DNA from: Octopus sinensis
Taxonomy: Eukaryota
Assembly (NCBI RefSeq): GCF_006345805.1
Contig: NC_043006.1
Coordinates: 10,850,001 to 10,914,000 of the forward strand
Direction of reading: 5' to 3'
Length of the DNA: 64,000 bases
The notes below the pieces were generated by a model. The model worked only from the letters and a program-made list of their open reading frames with translations. It was not told where the DNA came from and did no database searches. The number at the start of each line of letters is the position of its first letter. Position 1 is the stretch's first letter. Positions 38,040 through 50,842 of this stretch are shown here, one piece after another. A program made the position numbers and the translations under genes.

Positions 38040-38560
38040 TATAAAACTTATTTAAAATTTAGATATGTTTCGACCAAAGATTGGTCCAGGCCATGTCTAA
38101 CTTAATAGCACCACTTGATAGTATTATCAAAATCCTGTTTAAGTCAAGTTTTGTTTATGGTCCATTCAAGTAGTGAATTTTTGTTGAGTGAGTTGTATCC
38201 AGGTAAGGGTGGCTTATCTGGTATTCTTTGAAGAAATCTGTCCAGACTCCGTTTAAAGTTGATGGGATCCTTTTCCTCTTTGATCTCTTTCGGGACAATG
38301 TTAAACAGGGCAGGGCCTGTTGAGGAAAAGAAATTATCTTGCAGTGTACCTATATACTTACCATCTGAAGCATCATATATAAGCCGAACTTCCTGCGCTT
38401 CCCAACGAGCCACTGAAGTTATGATATCACCCACTGCCATTGGAATTTCATTACCTTTATACTTCAGTTTTCTCGAAGCCCACGGTACTGAGGATTCACA
38501 AATATTTATTATTCTGCTTGGCCTTTTCTATTGGCTCATAATTTTTTTCCAATAGATATA
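38040..38560 (-). mobile_element. 3' end fragment of a CR1-group LINE
   Basis: FSSTGPALFNIVPKEIKEEKDPINFKRSLDRFLQRIPDKPPLPGY...NSLLEW. Carries the same GTGGTGCTATTAA(G/C)TTAGACATGGCCTGG 3' motif as the element ending at 10481. Confidence 0.85.
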
Positions 38561-39309
38561 TTTTCCTTGATGATTATGTTATGAGTTGATTTGCTCTAAA
38601 CTAACTCCAAAACGATTTAAATGATAATAGCACATCTCAAACGACAAACGTATGAGAAGCCAGTACCGTGATAGAAGAGACAGACTTCAAAATACGATTC
38701 CGCTTGAATTACTGGCTTATATAAAATCAGTTAATTCCTTCAATATATTACTGGCTTATGCAAAATTAGTTCCTTTCTACAATATATATATCCTTGGGAA
38801 ACGCCTGAATGTCACCTGTTCCATTTCCCTTCCCGTTAATTATAGAACACAAATATTCCAAACCGAAAACGCATTTTCAGATATCCAGTTTCTTTAATAT
38901 GATTTCCTATCGTAACCTTTGGTATCTTCTTTGCATTTGCATATAGAGAAACCAGTATTGTCGAAGAGACACAGCTTGATATATCGAGGGACATATAAAA
39001 TATTTCCCCCTAGAATTCGACATTATTAACCCCAACCTTGATAACTTGAACTTTCAATTCGTCAATATCAGTCTCATGTTATCGTTAAATTCAATTACAT
39101 TGTTGTCTATTTCGATTTCGTCATCGTCGTCTGAAATGTCATCGATGAATAGATTTACGTAAACATATTAATCGAACTAGATTAATCTGGATTGCATAAG
39201 GTGATTGTGCTGGATTTCTTTAAGGAATATGTTGAGTTAGGAAATGAGTATAATGAAGCACAGGAAAGTGATGTTATTTAAAATTGTCTTTGTCGTGTCG
39301 TATAGTGAT

Positions 39310-39381
<72 letters not shown>

Positions 39382-39384
<3 letters not shown>

Positions 39385-39801
39385 TTATATATAAAAGTAA
39401 GGTTGTGTGTCTGTCTCCTACGATTTAGATTCCTAACTACTCCCACATTTTGCGGTGCAGTTTAACCAATACCGGGTATCTTATAGTCGTGATTCATATC
39501 GAGCCCTTCTGGGTATTAGCGCGCGTCTACGATGTGTCTACGATTTAAAAAAAAATACCATATTTTTTTTCCATTTTAATGCATTTTTTTCGCTATTATA
39601 TAAGGGAAGTAAAATGTCTACGATGAGTCAACGATTTTTAAAAAAATGTCTACGATAAGTCAACGATTTAAAAAAAATTTACCATCATTTTTTTTTTCCT
39701 TTTTAATGCATTTTTTTGCTATTTTTTGGCTATAACTCTCTAAAAATGCTTATATAGTTATTTCCCTTACAAACCCGAGCAAAGCCGGGCGATACTGCTA
39801 G
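39382..39801 (+). mobile_element. Complete non-autonomous Helitron
   Basis: 5' A|TCTTTATATATAAAAG...GTGTGTCTGTC; 3' hairpin CCCGAGCAAAGCCGGG at 39774 followed by CTAG|T. No TSD; internal tandem duplication. Confidence 0.8.
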
Positions 39802-39999
39802 TAATCAATAACAATAAAGGGTAAAATTAATATAATTCTCTCCTTGATAATAATCTGCAGAGTTTTCTGTAGAAATTTGTTGCTCGACAACATACGTGGG
39901 TGGGCGAAGGAGAATACGAAGTCTCATTCGTATGTTTTGAATTCGCTGGTACTGAATGTTGAAAATAGTTTGTCTGATGTCACTTTAATCAGATAGGTA

Positions 40000-40225
40000 T
40001 ACTCTTTTACTCTTTTACTTGTTTCAGCCATTTTGACTGCGGCCATGTCGGAGCACCGCCTTTAGTCGAGCAAATCGACCCCGGGACTTATTCATTGTAA
40101 GCCTAGTACTTATTTTATCGGTCTCTTTTGCCGAACCGCTAAGTGACGGGGACGTAAACACACCAGCATCGGTTGTCAAGCAATGCTAGGGGGACAAACA
40201 CAGACACAAAAACACACACACATAC

Positions 40226-40258
<33 letters not shown>

Positions 40259-40435
40259 TATATACATATATACGACAGGCTTCTTTAATTTTCCGTCTAC
40301 CAAATCCACTCACAAGGCATTGGTCGGCCCAGGGCTATAGCAGAAGACACTTGCTCAAGATGCCACGCAGTGGGACTGAGCTCGGAACCATGTGGTTGGT
40401 TAGTAAGCTACTTACCACACAGCCACTCCTGCGCC
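40000..40435 (-). mobile_element. SINE family B
   Basis: Reverse complement matches 3532-3946. Confidence 0.9.
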
Positions 40436-40734
40436 TATGTTCAATTTTTTCAGTGCTCTCTAATTTAAAATTATTGAAATCTTTGTGCTGATGAAGAAAA
40501 TGTTAGAATGGAGACGTAATTCTTGCATCTCCATGTCTATCTAACTCAGGAACGCGTTCACGAGTAATCAAATCCTGGGTGAACTTTCCTTATTTTTCCC
40601 TCTATGACTACGTAAATTTCTTTCGAGTATACATTGTCTCGAGATTCTTCTTATCGTGGAAGAAATAGCTAAGCTCTTTGGCTGCTATTTCTAAAAGTTC
40701 GGTATGTGGCAAAGCAAATTTTTTTGCCGAACCA

Positions 40735-40770
<36 letters not shown>

Positions 40771-40773
<3 letters not shown>

Positions 40774-41155
40774 TCTTTTACTTGTTTCAGTCATTTGACT
40801 GCGGCCATGCTGGAGCACCGCCTTTAGTCGAGCAACTCGACACCGGAACTTAGTCTCTTGTAAGCCCAGCACTTATTCTATCGGTCTCTTTTGCCGAACC
40901 GTTAAGTAACGGAGACATAAACACACCAGCATCGGTTGTCAAGCAATGCTAGGGGGACAAACACAGACACACAAACACACACACGCATATATATATATAC
41001 GACGGGCTTCTTTCAGTTTCCGTCTACCAAATCCACTCACAAGGCTTTGGTCGGCCCGGAGCTATAGTAGAAGACACTTTCCCAAGTTGCCACGCAGTGG
41101 GACTGAACCCGGACCATGTGGTTGGTAAACAAGCTACTTACCACACTCCTGCGCC
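40771..41155 (-). mobile_element. SINE family B
   Basis: Reverse complement matches 3532-3946. Confidence 0.9.
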
Positions 41156-41161
41156 TATATA

Positions 41162-41207
<46 letters not shown>

Positions 41208-42757
41208 TATATATAATATAATATATATTGTATATGTATATGTGCGTCTGTGTATATGTGTACGTGTGTGTCTGTGTGTCTATGTGCCTCGGTGCGTATG
41301 TATCTGTGTGTAGTACAATGTACAGTTTTATATCTAGTATCTATGGCCAAGTAAAATGCGAGATGTTTTTAGAAAAACTTATTTCTTTACAAAACTTTTA
41401 ATATTCACATACACTTACAATTCTGCAAGATGTAATCTCCGATAGCAATGTCGGTACAAATCGCTTTGCTCCAGCCTATAGGCATCTTTAAAGTTAACGA
41501 TGACGAAATTGAAGATGACAACGAGTAAATCGAGATAGACGACAACGTAACTGAAGCTAACGATTGCAAAAATTGAAGAGGAGGAGGAGGTTGACGAGAT
41601 TGATGCTGGGAGCTCCATAAATTCAGAACCGGCATGTGAAAAATATTCACGTTTGAGAATGTTTTATTTAACTGCTACAAAGTTAAAAACGACAGTTTTA
41701 TACTTCGGTAATCTTAAAATGGGTGAAATGTTTTATGTTTTATCAAAAGATGTCCTAAAATTTCCTTACTTTTTCCGTCTTTTCATACAGCATCACCAGT
41801 GATTATTTCCATCTTAAGATTTATATGTGTAACTACTTATAAATATATTCTTAAAAAGAATATGAGCTAAAGTTCCTCAGTATTTCACGAGCAAACTGTG
41901 ACCCTGTTCTCTACTAAAACACGGCAAATCAAAAAGATTTTTATTTACCTGTCGTCTTAACAAAAGTAGGAAAAGTATATAGTCATATTAACGATAACTA
42001 AAATATACCATCTCACAAACTATTATTTGCATTTATTCTGAGTGAATATTTTATAGTATTGCAGGCTGTTTCATTATGATGAGACACATTTCAAAATTAA
42101 GCATGCCTGGGGAAATATATTTAATAAGGAATGTGTAAAATACATACAATCATGGCCACCAGTCCCATCGTTATGAGAGAATTCAGACCGACAGACTGAT
42201 AGACAGAGAGGCTTACAAACAAATAGATAGATAGACAAATAGACAGACATATAGATAGATAGATAGATAGATAGATATAGATAGATAGATAGATAGATAA
42301 GTTTCTTTATTGGCCACACAGGGCTGCACACAGATGGGACAAGTTACAAGGTAGAGCTTTTCTTTTGGGGGATGAAAAAAAACAAAAAAACAAAAGAAAC
42401 AAGAAAAAAGGGGTCGCGTAGGTTTTCGATCAAGAGGGATCGTAAAAGGGAGAAAAGAACAAAAAAATTAAATAAAAATTAAAAATAAAAATAAAAAAAG
42501 AAGAAAAGGAAAGGAACAAAAGAAAAGAGAAATGAAAAAAGAAGAAAAAAAGAGGAAAAATAGGGGAAGAGGAAAAAAACGATCAATAGGGATCGTGTAT
42601 CACAGTGTTATGATATATGGTGTAAAGGGGAAAGCAAGTAAGGTTTATCCGTGGGAAGAAAAGCCTACGAAAAAGACCACGTTAACCTTGGTCAATATTG
42701 TTATATGTTACCACATTTGTTTGCAAGTGGGTAACCCTCTGTTTTCAATTTCTGGGT

Positions 42758-45700
42758 TCATAGGATTATGCTCAAGGTGGCTTCGTCATTCATACGTGCC
42801 ATCCTTGCTACATTCACCCATCTTTTTTTAAAACATTCGCTAGACAAAACTTGCCTCTCTACTCTCACTTTGAGAGTACTTGAAGAAGTTGATGAGAGAT
42901 TGACCAGAGAGGAAAGTGTTTGTCTCCAATCCTTTCAGACGCGTCCACCAGATACATTCTTTCGCCATAGCCACAAGGATGATGAAAATAGCTCTTCCGT
43001 CCCGTTTGAAGGAAGGAGGCGTGACAATATTGACGATAGACTCAGCTGATAAACCCACTCGTCCCGCACGTGACAGCAGTTGTTCGACATAAGCCCACAA
43101 GTCGGAAATTGTTGGACAATGCACGAGTGCGTGCAGAACGGTTTCGTCGCTCTGACCGCATCTCGGGCAGGTCGGCCCCGTGTTTCTCAAGCCGTGTCTG
43201 TAGAGCTTATCCCGAAGGGGTAGCGCTTCTCGGTAGCACTGCCAGGCCAGGGATCTCTGGAAGTTGTCCATGGGCCCTGGCCCGAAAGTCGTCCCGAACA
43301 GGCGGGTCAGATACTCCTCGTCGACGTCCAGGTTCGCCCCGAGCTCGTCGTCGTACCTCCCCTCCACTAATCCCCTATAGAATGCTTTGGTTGTGATGAA
43401 GTCACTCAAGGTCGACCCAGGACGGCAGAGTTGCTTGAGAGCAACGCGACACTCGCGGTGCCATTCGCCCTTCCTTGGCCTCTTTTTGATCCACGACTGC
43501 AGTTCGGTCATGGAGACGAGCTGCGGGAAAGCGTGCCTCACAAACGGCGACCACACATGTTCACCGTCGTCTACGAAGAGCCTGAGATATCGCAGTCTCA
43601 GCGCGTGTCTGCGCATCATCAACCATGGCATGCCCAGTCCTCCTTTTAACGGGTGTTGACAGCAAATGGATCGCCTGACCGTCGGGACGCATCCTTTCCA
43701 CAAGAAGCGAAAGAGAATGCGTTCTAGTTTGGTGATGGTAGGGTCGGGACAAGGCATGACGGTCAGGCGGTAGTAGATGACGGGCGCGATGTACGTGTTC
43801 GCCACCTCCGCCCGACCTTTTAGGGACAGTTTCCTCTCGGCCCATTGCCGGGCGAGAGTGACCACCCTACTCGTTATCTCGTTCCAGTTCTTCTCCCCTT
43901 GGAGGTCCGGACCAAACTAGACCCCGAGCAACTCAACCGGGCCGTCGGTCCAGCGTCCCACGACGGAGGCGCTGGTGGACGGCATGGGCTTGCTTCTCCA
44001 GGTGCCTAGTCGCAAGCCCACTGACTTTTCCCGGTTGATTTTCGCTCCTGTCACCGCTTCGTAGTTTTTCAGTGTCTCGCCGACCTGCTCGATGTGCTCG
44101 TGGCTAGACACTATGACGGCGACGTCGTCCGCGTATGCAGACACGCTCGTCCCGAATCCCAGTTCTCGCGGGATGCCCGTCAAAGTTGCCAGCTTCCGCA
44201 ATAATGGCTCGAGAGTCAATACGTATAGGAGCGACGAGAGGGGGCATCCCTGACGGACCGAACGTGCGATGTCGAAGGGTCTCGATAGATGTCCATTCAT
44301 GCGAATTACCGAACGGATGCCTCTGTACAAAGCGGCTATCCAGCCGCGGAAGACGGGACCGAAGCCAGCCGCTCTGAGGACTGCCTCCAACAATCGATGG
44401 TCCACCCTATCGAAAGCTTTCGATTGATCCAAATTGATCAGCGCCCCACCCATGCCAGGTTCGTTAACTACCCTGTCTATGATGTAGCGCATCAGGTGGA
44501 GGTTGTCATGGATGGTCCGGCCAGGCACGGCGCATGTTTGCGCCTTGTCGACCAGTTTCTCGATGACAAGCGCCAACCTCTTGGCTAGCACCTTGGCCAA
44601 AATTTTCAAGTCTGCATTAAGCAGAGTGATGGGCCTAAATTTATCTATTACATTTCCCTTGTTTAGATCTTTCTTCAGCAGTGTTACGGCTCCTCGGCTC
44701 ACAAAACCACGACTGCTCCCGTTTTGCTGCCAGTTGCAGTACACCGCCGCCAAGAGATCTCCAAACAAGTCTGGCATACAATTGTAAAGCTCGTAGGGTA
44801 GACCATCCAAACCCGGTGATTTGTCCCTCGAGCATTCTGCCATCGCGTCCTGCACTTCCGCCGCCGTGATGGCACCTTCGCAGCACCCTACCTCTCTCGT
44901 CGAGAGTCGTGGTAGGCTATGTAGGTAGGCACTGAAGTCCACCCTACGTTCTTGCCCTCCACTCGTCCCGAACAGTCGCGCAAAATGCTGTTGAAAGGCC
45001 TCACACATTTTATTTGGCTCGAGCAATTCGCGCCCCTGTTCATCTACCAGGGACCGAATGGTTGCTTTGTTGCCCTGTTGCGTCTCTGCCACCCGGGCCT
45101 CTCTCGCGGCTCCAACACCTTCGTTCCTTAGAACACGCATCCTAGCTCTGACAGCACATCCTTCGTGTTTGGCGTTGAAGTGTTGGTCGAGGGCCAACCT
45201 CGCCGCCAAAACGTCGGATGCGATGCCGCTTCTAATTGCCTCTTCTAGCTTCTTAACTAGCTCACCCTCTACTCTATTTCTATCTATGGCTAGTCCTTTG
45301 CTGTACCTAATCGCTTCTGCTTTTACTGCTCTCTTGAGGGCAAACCACCATTTGTTGTTGATGATGGCTCCCGTCAAAGCCCTCTTTACTAGTGAGCTAA
45401 TTCGGTCTCTGAAAACCTGTCTCGATGGGAAAGACGCATTTAGTTTCCAGTATCCGAGACCCTGCCTAAGTGTCTTACCTAAGTCTAGCGTACATGTCAC
45501 AAGTTTGTGATCCGTGTAGCTGACTATGTGGAATTGTGGACATCCAATGCTATCTCTGTCTACTGTCCTACACAGTATCCTATCTAGATACGATCTCGAC
45601 GACCCGATGCGGTTGCTCCATGTCCACGTTGGCGCATTCGTGTGGTCTAGTCGGAACCTGTCAGACAGTTGAAAGCGTCTGAGCAGGTCTTTGAGGCATT

Positions 45701-46187
45701 TGCATCCCCGTCTATTCCTATCTCTACCCACGTAGTCTACATGCGTGTCCAAGGTAGCATTCCAATCCCCCACTAAGAGTAAAGGACGAGACGTTCCCAA
45801 GAATACTTCTAGGCGTTGAAAGAAATCCACCCGACCTGTTAAGGGCGGTGCGTAGACTGATACGAATTGAAAAGCGCACCCATTGCTGCCGTCGACATTC
45901 AGGACAACCAGTCTACCCTCCGGGTCTACGAATATTGTCCTTACTTTGAGATCCAGACTCTTGCGAAAAAGTACCGCGGTGCCACTAGCGCCCATTCTTG
46001 GCAGACATGGGGAAAAATAAATGTTGCACTGTCCGCCAAACATGGTCTTTAGGGCCCGCGGATTGTGGAGTCTGGTCTCACTTATGGCTATGATTTCTAA
46101 CTTATGTGACTTTATGTCATTTAAGAGGTACCCTTGTTTCCAAGGGGACCCCAAGCCACGCGCATTTACACAACCAATCTTGATCAT
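42758..46187 (-). pseudogene. Tx1-type ORF2: AP endonuclease, reverse transcriptase and C-terminal CCHC zinc finger
   Basis: APE motifs GCVNARGL, ISETRL, GDWN, SYLDRI and YTDH; RT motifs QGCPLS and AYADD; zinc finger CPRCGQSDETVLHALVHC. Premature TAG at 43917-43919 (LLGV*FGPD, where W is expected). A frameshift near 42870 precedes the probable true C-terminus KVRVERQVLSSECFKKRW...IIL*. Confidence 0.92.
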
Positions 46188-46231
46188 AATCCTAATGAAT
46201 TAGAATACAAGTGAAAGGAACAGAGGGTTAC

Positions 46232-48242
46232 TTACTGCTCGAAAGTTTTTGCTTTCTCCTCCTTTGGTTTGTCCTCGAAGAGATCCCAGTACAGTTTCTT
46301 TGTGAGATATTTTTGGCATTTACCAACCGCACTGGGGAAAATGCCTTTGAGTGTGTGGTGCAGACTTTTGGAGATGTGTAATATTTTGATGTGGTCTGGT
46401 GGTGTTGTGTGTGGGTGATTGTTTGTTTTTATGTCATCTTCTGTTATGTTTGTTTTTGATTGGATGTATTCCATCAAATTTGTGTTTTTGGTGTCTATAG
46501 CTGTGAGCATGTTTGCTGTATATATTTTTGTGGTGTTGGTGTGGCTGTTGTTTGTGTTGGGTTTTGAAATGTATTCGGGAGATGTATTTCCCCCTGCTTT
46601 GTTCGTGTTTGCATTTGGTTTGGTTGTGTTTCTGCTCTTTATTTTCCTTCTTTTTGTAGCTATTTGCCATTCCTCACTGGTTTCATCTTCCGACGAAATT
46701 TCTGAGGAATCAGTAGGGGGTAGGGGTATGTTGTAGGCTTCTATGTATATCTGTGTAAGTGGTTGTGCTGTTGTTTTCGTTGCTGTTGGTTGTTGAGAGT
46801 TTGTGTGTGGTGAGTGCGGTATAAGGGATGGGGGATCAGTTTTTGTGTGTTTTCTTTGTTTTTCTGTTCCTTTGGTTCTTGCTGTTGGTGGTGTTGGTAT
46901 TTTTTCAGGTGTTGAGTGGTTTTTGGTTGATGACGGATTAGCTTGGTGTGCTTCTCTTGTCGTCTTCTGTGTTGATGGTGGTGTGGGTAGTAGAGCTTTT
47001 TTTCCGGAGTGCTTTGGTTGTGGTAGTGGTTGTTGTTGTTGCTGTTGGTGTGCAGTGGTGTTTGGGCACGTCTTTTTCAAGTGTGTTTCGCTTCCCACAA
47101 ATAGCAGCGTGGTCGCCTGCCCTCTACCACTACATAAAGTTTGTAGCCTCCTGGCAGTTCTATAGTGGTGGGTATCTTCTCTCTTGCTGCTTCATCCAAT
47201 TGAAGAAGGAATTCGATTGATTTTCCCACATAGTCTTTCTCTCCTAGAACAGCGATTTCAAGGATGTTTGTCTCTGACATTGCCTCAGCCATTTCAAAGC
47301 AGATGGCAGAGACTAACCATTGTGTTTCGACTTCAGGGGGTACATTTTTTATTTGGATGTTCGTGACTCTCTTGTTTAAATGGATTGCTATCATTACCAA
47401 GTCGTCTGAATGCAGCTCCAATGTGGAAAAACGTTTTGCTAAATTTTCGTTGAGGAAATGTACTTGGACTGTACCAAATTTATTTCCCCAACTGATATAT
47501 TCCTTGGAGTCCCATGCAGGACGAAGGCATTTTTCAATTTTTTCCTGCGGTGCATTTTCTGGTCGTCTTGTTTTCTTGTTTATTACTTTATAGATTATTG
47601 TTTTTTTGTGTGTGTTTTCCACGATGTGTTGTGGAATGTGAAGATGCAATTTGTCTCCTTCTTTGGTGAAGAGTGCTTTTGTGCGGTTTATTCCTGTGTG
47701 GTGAATTTTACAATTGTTCGTTTTTGTTTTGTCACATCCGCGAAATTCGTTTTAAATTTGGCGGTGTTAGCAGCAGAAGGGTTAGTTTTAGCAGTTGAAG
47801 TCGTGGTAGTGGTGTTGGTGTTGGCGGTGTTAGCAGCAGAAGGGTTAGTTGTAGCAGTTGAAGTCGTAGTAGTGGTGTTGGTGTTGGCGGAGTTGTCTTT
47901 GGTAGGCGGCTTTGTGCCCATTTCGTTGTTGTTGTTGTTGGTGGTGATGTTGGTGGTGCTGGCATTCATGTTTTCGTCTGTATTCGTTTTTGAAATCCCT
48001 TTCTCCGTCCATTTATCATCGACAAGTGGTGTAGGGAGTGGGGGGAAATCTAAGTTAATGTCTTCGGTCGCGGCGATGGTGAATGGTCTTGCGACGTTTG
48101 TTTTTCTGTTGTTGTTGGTGGTGGTGGTGTTGGTGGTGACAGCGGTGTTCAAGCTGCTAGGTTTAGCAACTAGTGGTAGCAATAGTGTTTCGCTACCGTT
48201 CTGCATGACTGGCGGGCTAGCCACGTGGTTTCTAGTTGCCAT
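46232..48242 (-). pseudogene. Tx1-type ORF1 (gag-like, CCHC knuckle), two frameshifts
   Basis: Begins MATRNHVASPP at 48242. The frame shifts near 47700 into LHLHIPQH...VVVEGRRPRCYL. A 1-nt loss near 47098 breaks the knuckle C-YL-C-GSET-H-LKKT-C. T/N/P-rich low-complexity flanks; ends at TAA 46232. Confidence 0.8.
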
Positions 48243-48464
48243 TTTCAAAATTAAAAAAATGGCTAAAAAGAACCAACGAAAGTTTTGAAAGTTTTTGGTA
48301 ATTTCGTCCATACAGGGGCGGAATTCTACGTGAATAATTCTCAGGTTTTTTAGTGAATGAACTTGCACAACGATTAAAACAAAATATTTGACAACAAGGA
48401 GTTTTAAACATGTAAAAGTGGCCAACTTACGTGGAGCCGATATGACTAGCGTCCGTCCATTGTG

Positions 48465-48570
48465 AGAGATAGATAGATAGATAGATAGATATATAGATAG
48501 ATAGATAGATCGATAGATAGATAGATAGATAGAGATAGATAGATAGATAGATAGATATATAGATAGATAT

Positions 48571-48621
<51 letters not shown>

Positions 48622-48622
48622 T
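48465..48622 (+). repeat. (GATA)n array at the 5' junction of the Tx1 element
   Basis: Direct reading; counterpart array at about 42220-42298. Confidence 0.97.
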
Positions 48623-50037
48623 ACTGGTTTTGGTCACATTTTAAATGCAAGTACCTATGGCTGGAGTGAGATCTCATTATTATGATTCACACTTTACTCG
48701 AATTCTGAAGGAGAATGAAGTATCTACGATAAATCACAAGAGACAAGTCTTTTCATTTACATTCAAGTTGGTATCTGCTGAAGCGTAGGTTGTAAATTCT
48801 TGTCCAACAAAGCCCAGTACACAAAATCCCTCTACTTTAATAATCCTTTATTCACTTTGCTAATGCCCTCATCAATGTTACTACTACCACCCTTGATGAT
48901 ACTGAACTGAATAGGGCCGATCCTCCGCAGCACGGCGCAGGATAATTAATATCTTCGATATTCTGTATAGTGAAATAATGGCTCATGAGAAACTGTTACA
49001 GGTGAGATAATCGAGAGAATAATGAACTTTTGGCCGAGAGAGGTTGGTAGTTCACGTCCGTGTCAATGGAGCTGCGCAGGCTATCTGTTCAAGACACTTG
49101 AATCTCAATAGATCAAGGTCTTAATTCCAATATGTTCGCTTAACTGAGCGAATATAATTATTTAATGTATTGTTAGAACGCAGCACTGGCATCAGATTAT
49201 CTTATACGCCTAAAGTATGTAAGGGAAGACTACTCCACTGTATCATCTTAAAGGTATCCTGACATCGGCAGTTCGAGGAGTTCACATTTAACAGTGCATG
49301 CTACACGGTTAAATACAGACATACATATTAAAAGAGAAAAAAATATATGCTTGAACGATTTCAAACGCGTGTCACTTTGTTTTCCATTAAATAATACTTT
49401 AATCCTGAAACCTTTTCCCTGACTTAAAAAAAAATAACCAGACGAACCACAAATAATATTCATTGTTGCAGAAGTGTATTGTAAAATTATGTTAAATTGT
49501 TGATTAGAGAAAATAGAATAAGATAACACGTGCGTGTCTCATTGTACTCTCTGGATTTCTAGACCAGAAGCAGTCATTAGAGCGTAATAGGAAACGGATA
49601 AGGAAGCAGTTAAGTCTTGGCACAGGAATATAATTCCAATACTAAAATCGATTAAAGAAAAATTAGAATATGCATAAATTTGGCTTGCTAAACAGTTTAG
49701 AATTCCGGTTTAAGCTTTTGAATGCTGACATAGAATTGAAGAATCAGTCGATGTGACACCATTGTTTGATCGAGTTTCATTTGTTGATTTATCCAGTGGA
49801 ATTACCGTTTATAGAAATTGACAGGAATGACAGAAAAGAAATAGACACGTGGAATTAGTGTCAGGGGATTAGAAGAGAAGAAACTAAACGACTCTGACAC
49901 ACATTGACATTCTATAGTTGCACAGGCTGAGGGAAAAAATAAATTACAAATCGAAGAACTGGAATGTATATACGCACAAACACACGCATATATATATGTG
50001 TGTGTGTGTGTATGCATATTTGCGTGTGTGTGTGTGT

Positions 50038-50337
50038 GAAAGCGCATGGCTCAGTGGTTAGAATATCAGGCTCACAATCATTAGATAGTGAGTTCGATTC
50101 CCGGACCGGGCTGTGTGTTATGTTCTTGGGCGAGACACTTTATTTCACGTTGCTCCAGTTCACTCAGCTTTAGAAATGCTTTTCCCTTGGATAACATCGG
50201 CGTCGTGGAGAGAGGAGACTGTTATGAATGTGCGACTGTTGGTCTTCCATAAATAATCTTGCTTGGACTTGTGCCTTGGAAAGGAAATTTTTAAGTGCAA
50301 TTCCAATCCCATTCATGATTGAAGGAGCTCTTTACCA
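50038..50337 (+). mobile_element. SINE, head H1 + tail T3
   Basis: Matches 26344-26651, with an internal deletion. Confidence 0.8.
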
Positions 50338-50713
50338 TTTATCCTTACTTATATATCATTGCTATTATTCAAAAGTGTCGTAAGTCCAAAATGTTGCTTT
50401 TTCAGAAAATGCAAAAATAGTTTCACCATTCCATTACTTTTTACATTAGCAACAGTTTCAGCTTAACAATAATACTTTGTGGAATGCATAAAATCGTAAC
50501 TCTATGATTGTATATTTTCAGTGAGGATATTTTTCTAAAACTGTCGCATGTGGGGCTTACTACACCGTTGTATTACACTTTGACAATTTTCATCTGAATT
50601 AGCTGGAGATAAGATAGTTTGATCAGAAGAACCGCCTATTGCAAGCAAAATAAGATATTGAAAAAAACGCATCTGGCCAAATTTGGACATACGACAGTTT
50701 AGCATAATAGCAA

Positions 50714-50746
<33 letters not shown>

Positions 50747-50751
50747 TAGAT

Positions 50752-50842
<91 letters not shown>

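Larger units (their letters stand above)
42299..48464 (-). mobile_element. Full-length Tx1/L1-clade non-LTR retrotransposon, inactivated
   Basis: Short 5' UTR, gag-like ORF1, and APE-RT-zinc finger ORF2. The 3' UTR is T-rich and has AATAAA (42306-42311, minus strand). (GATA)n arrays abut both ends. Confidence 0.93.

Noticed and set aside
40500-40560. GDVILAS as the next receptor exon
   Set aside because: Continues SPCLS instead of SFDSISEV; no proper acceptor or EVxM donor.
47458-48288. 276-aa hydrophobic plus-strand ORF resembling a membrane protein
   Set aside because: Antisense of the T/N-rich Tx1 ORF1. The plus-strand ORFs at 46419-47593 and 43006-45510 are likewise antisense shadows of the element.
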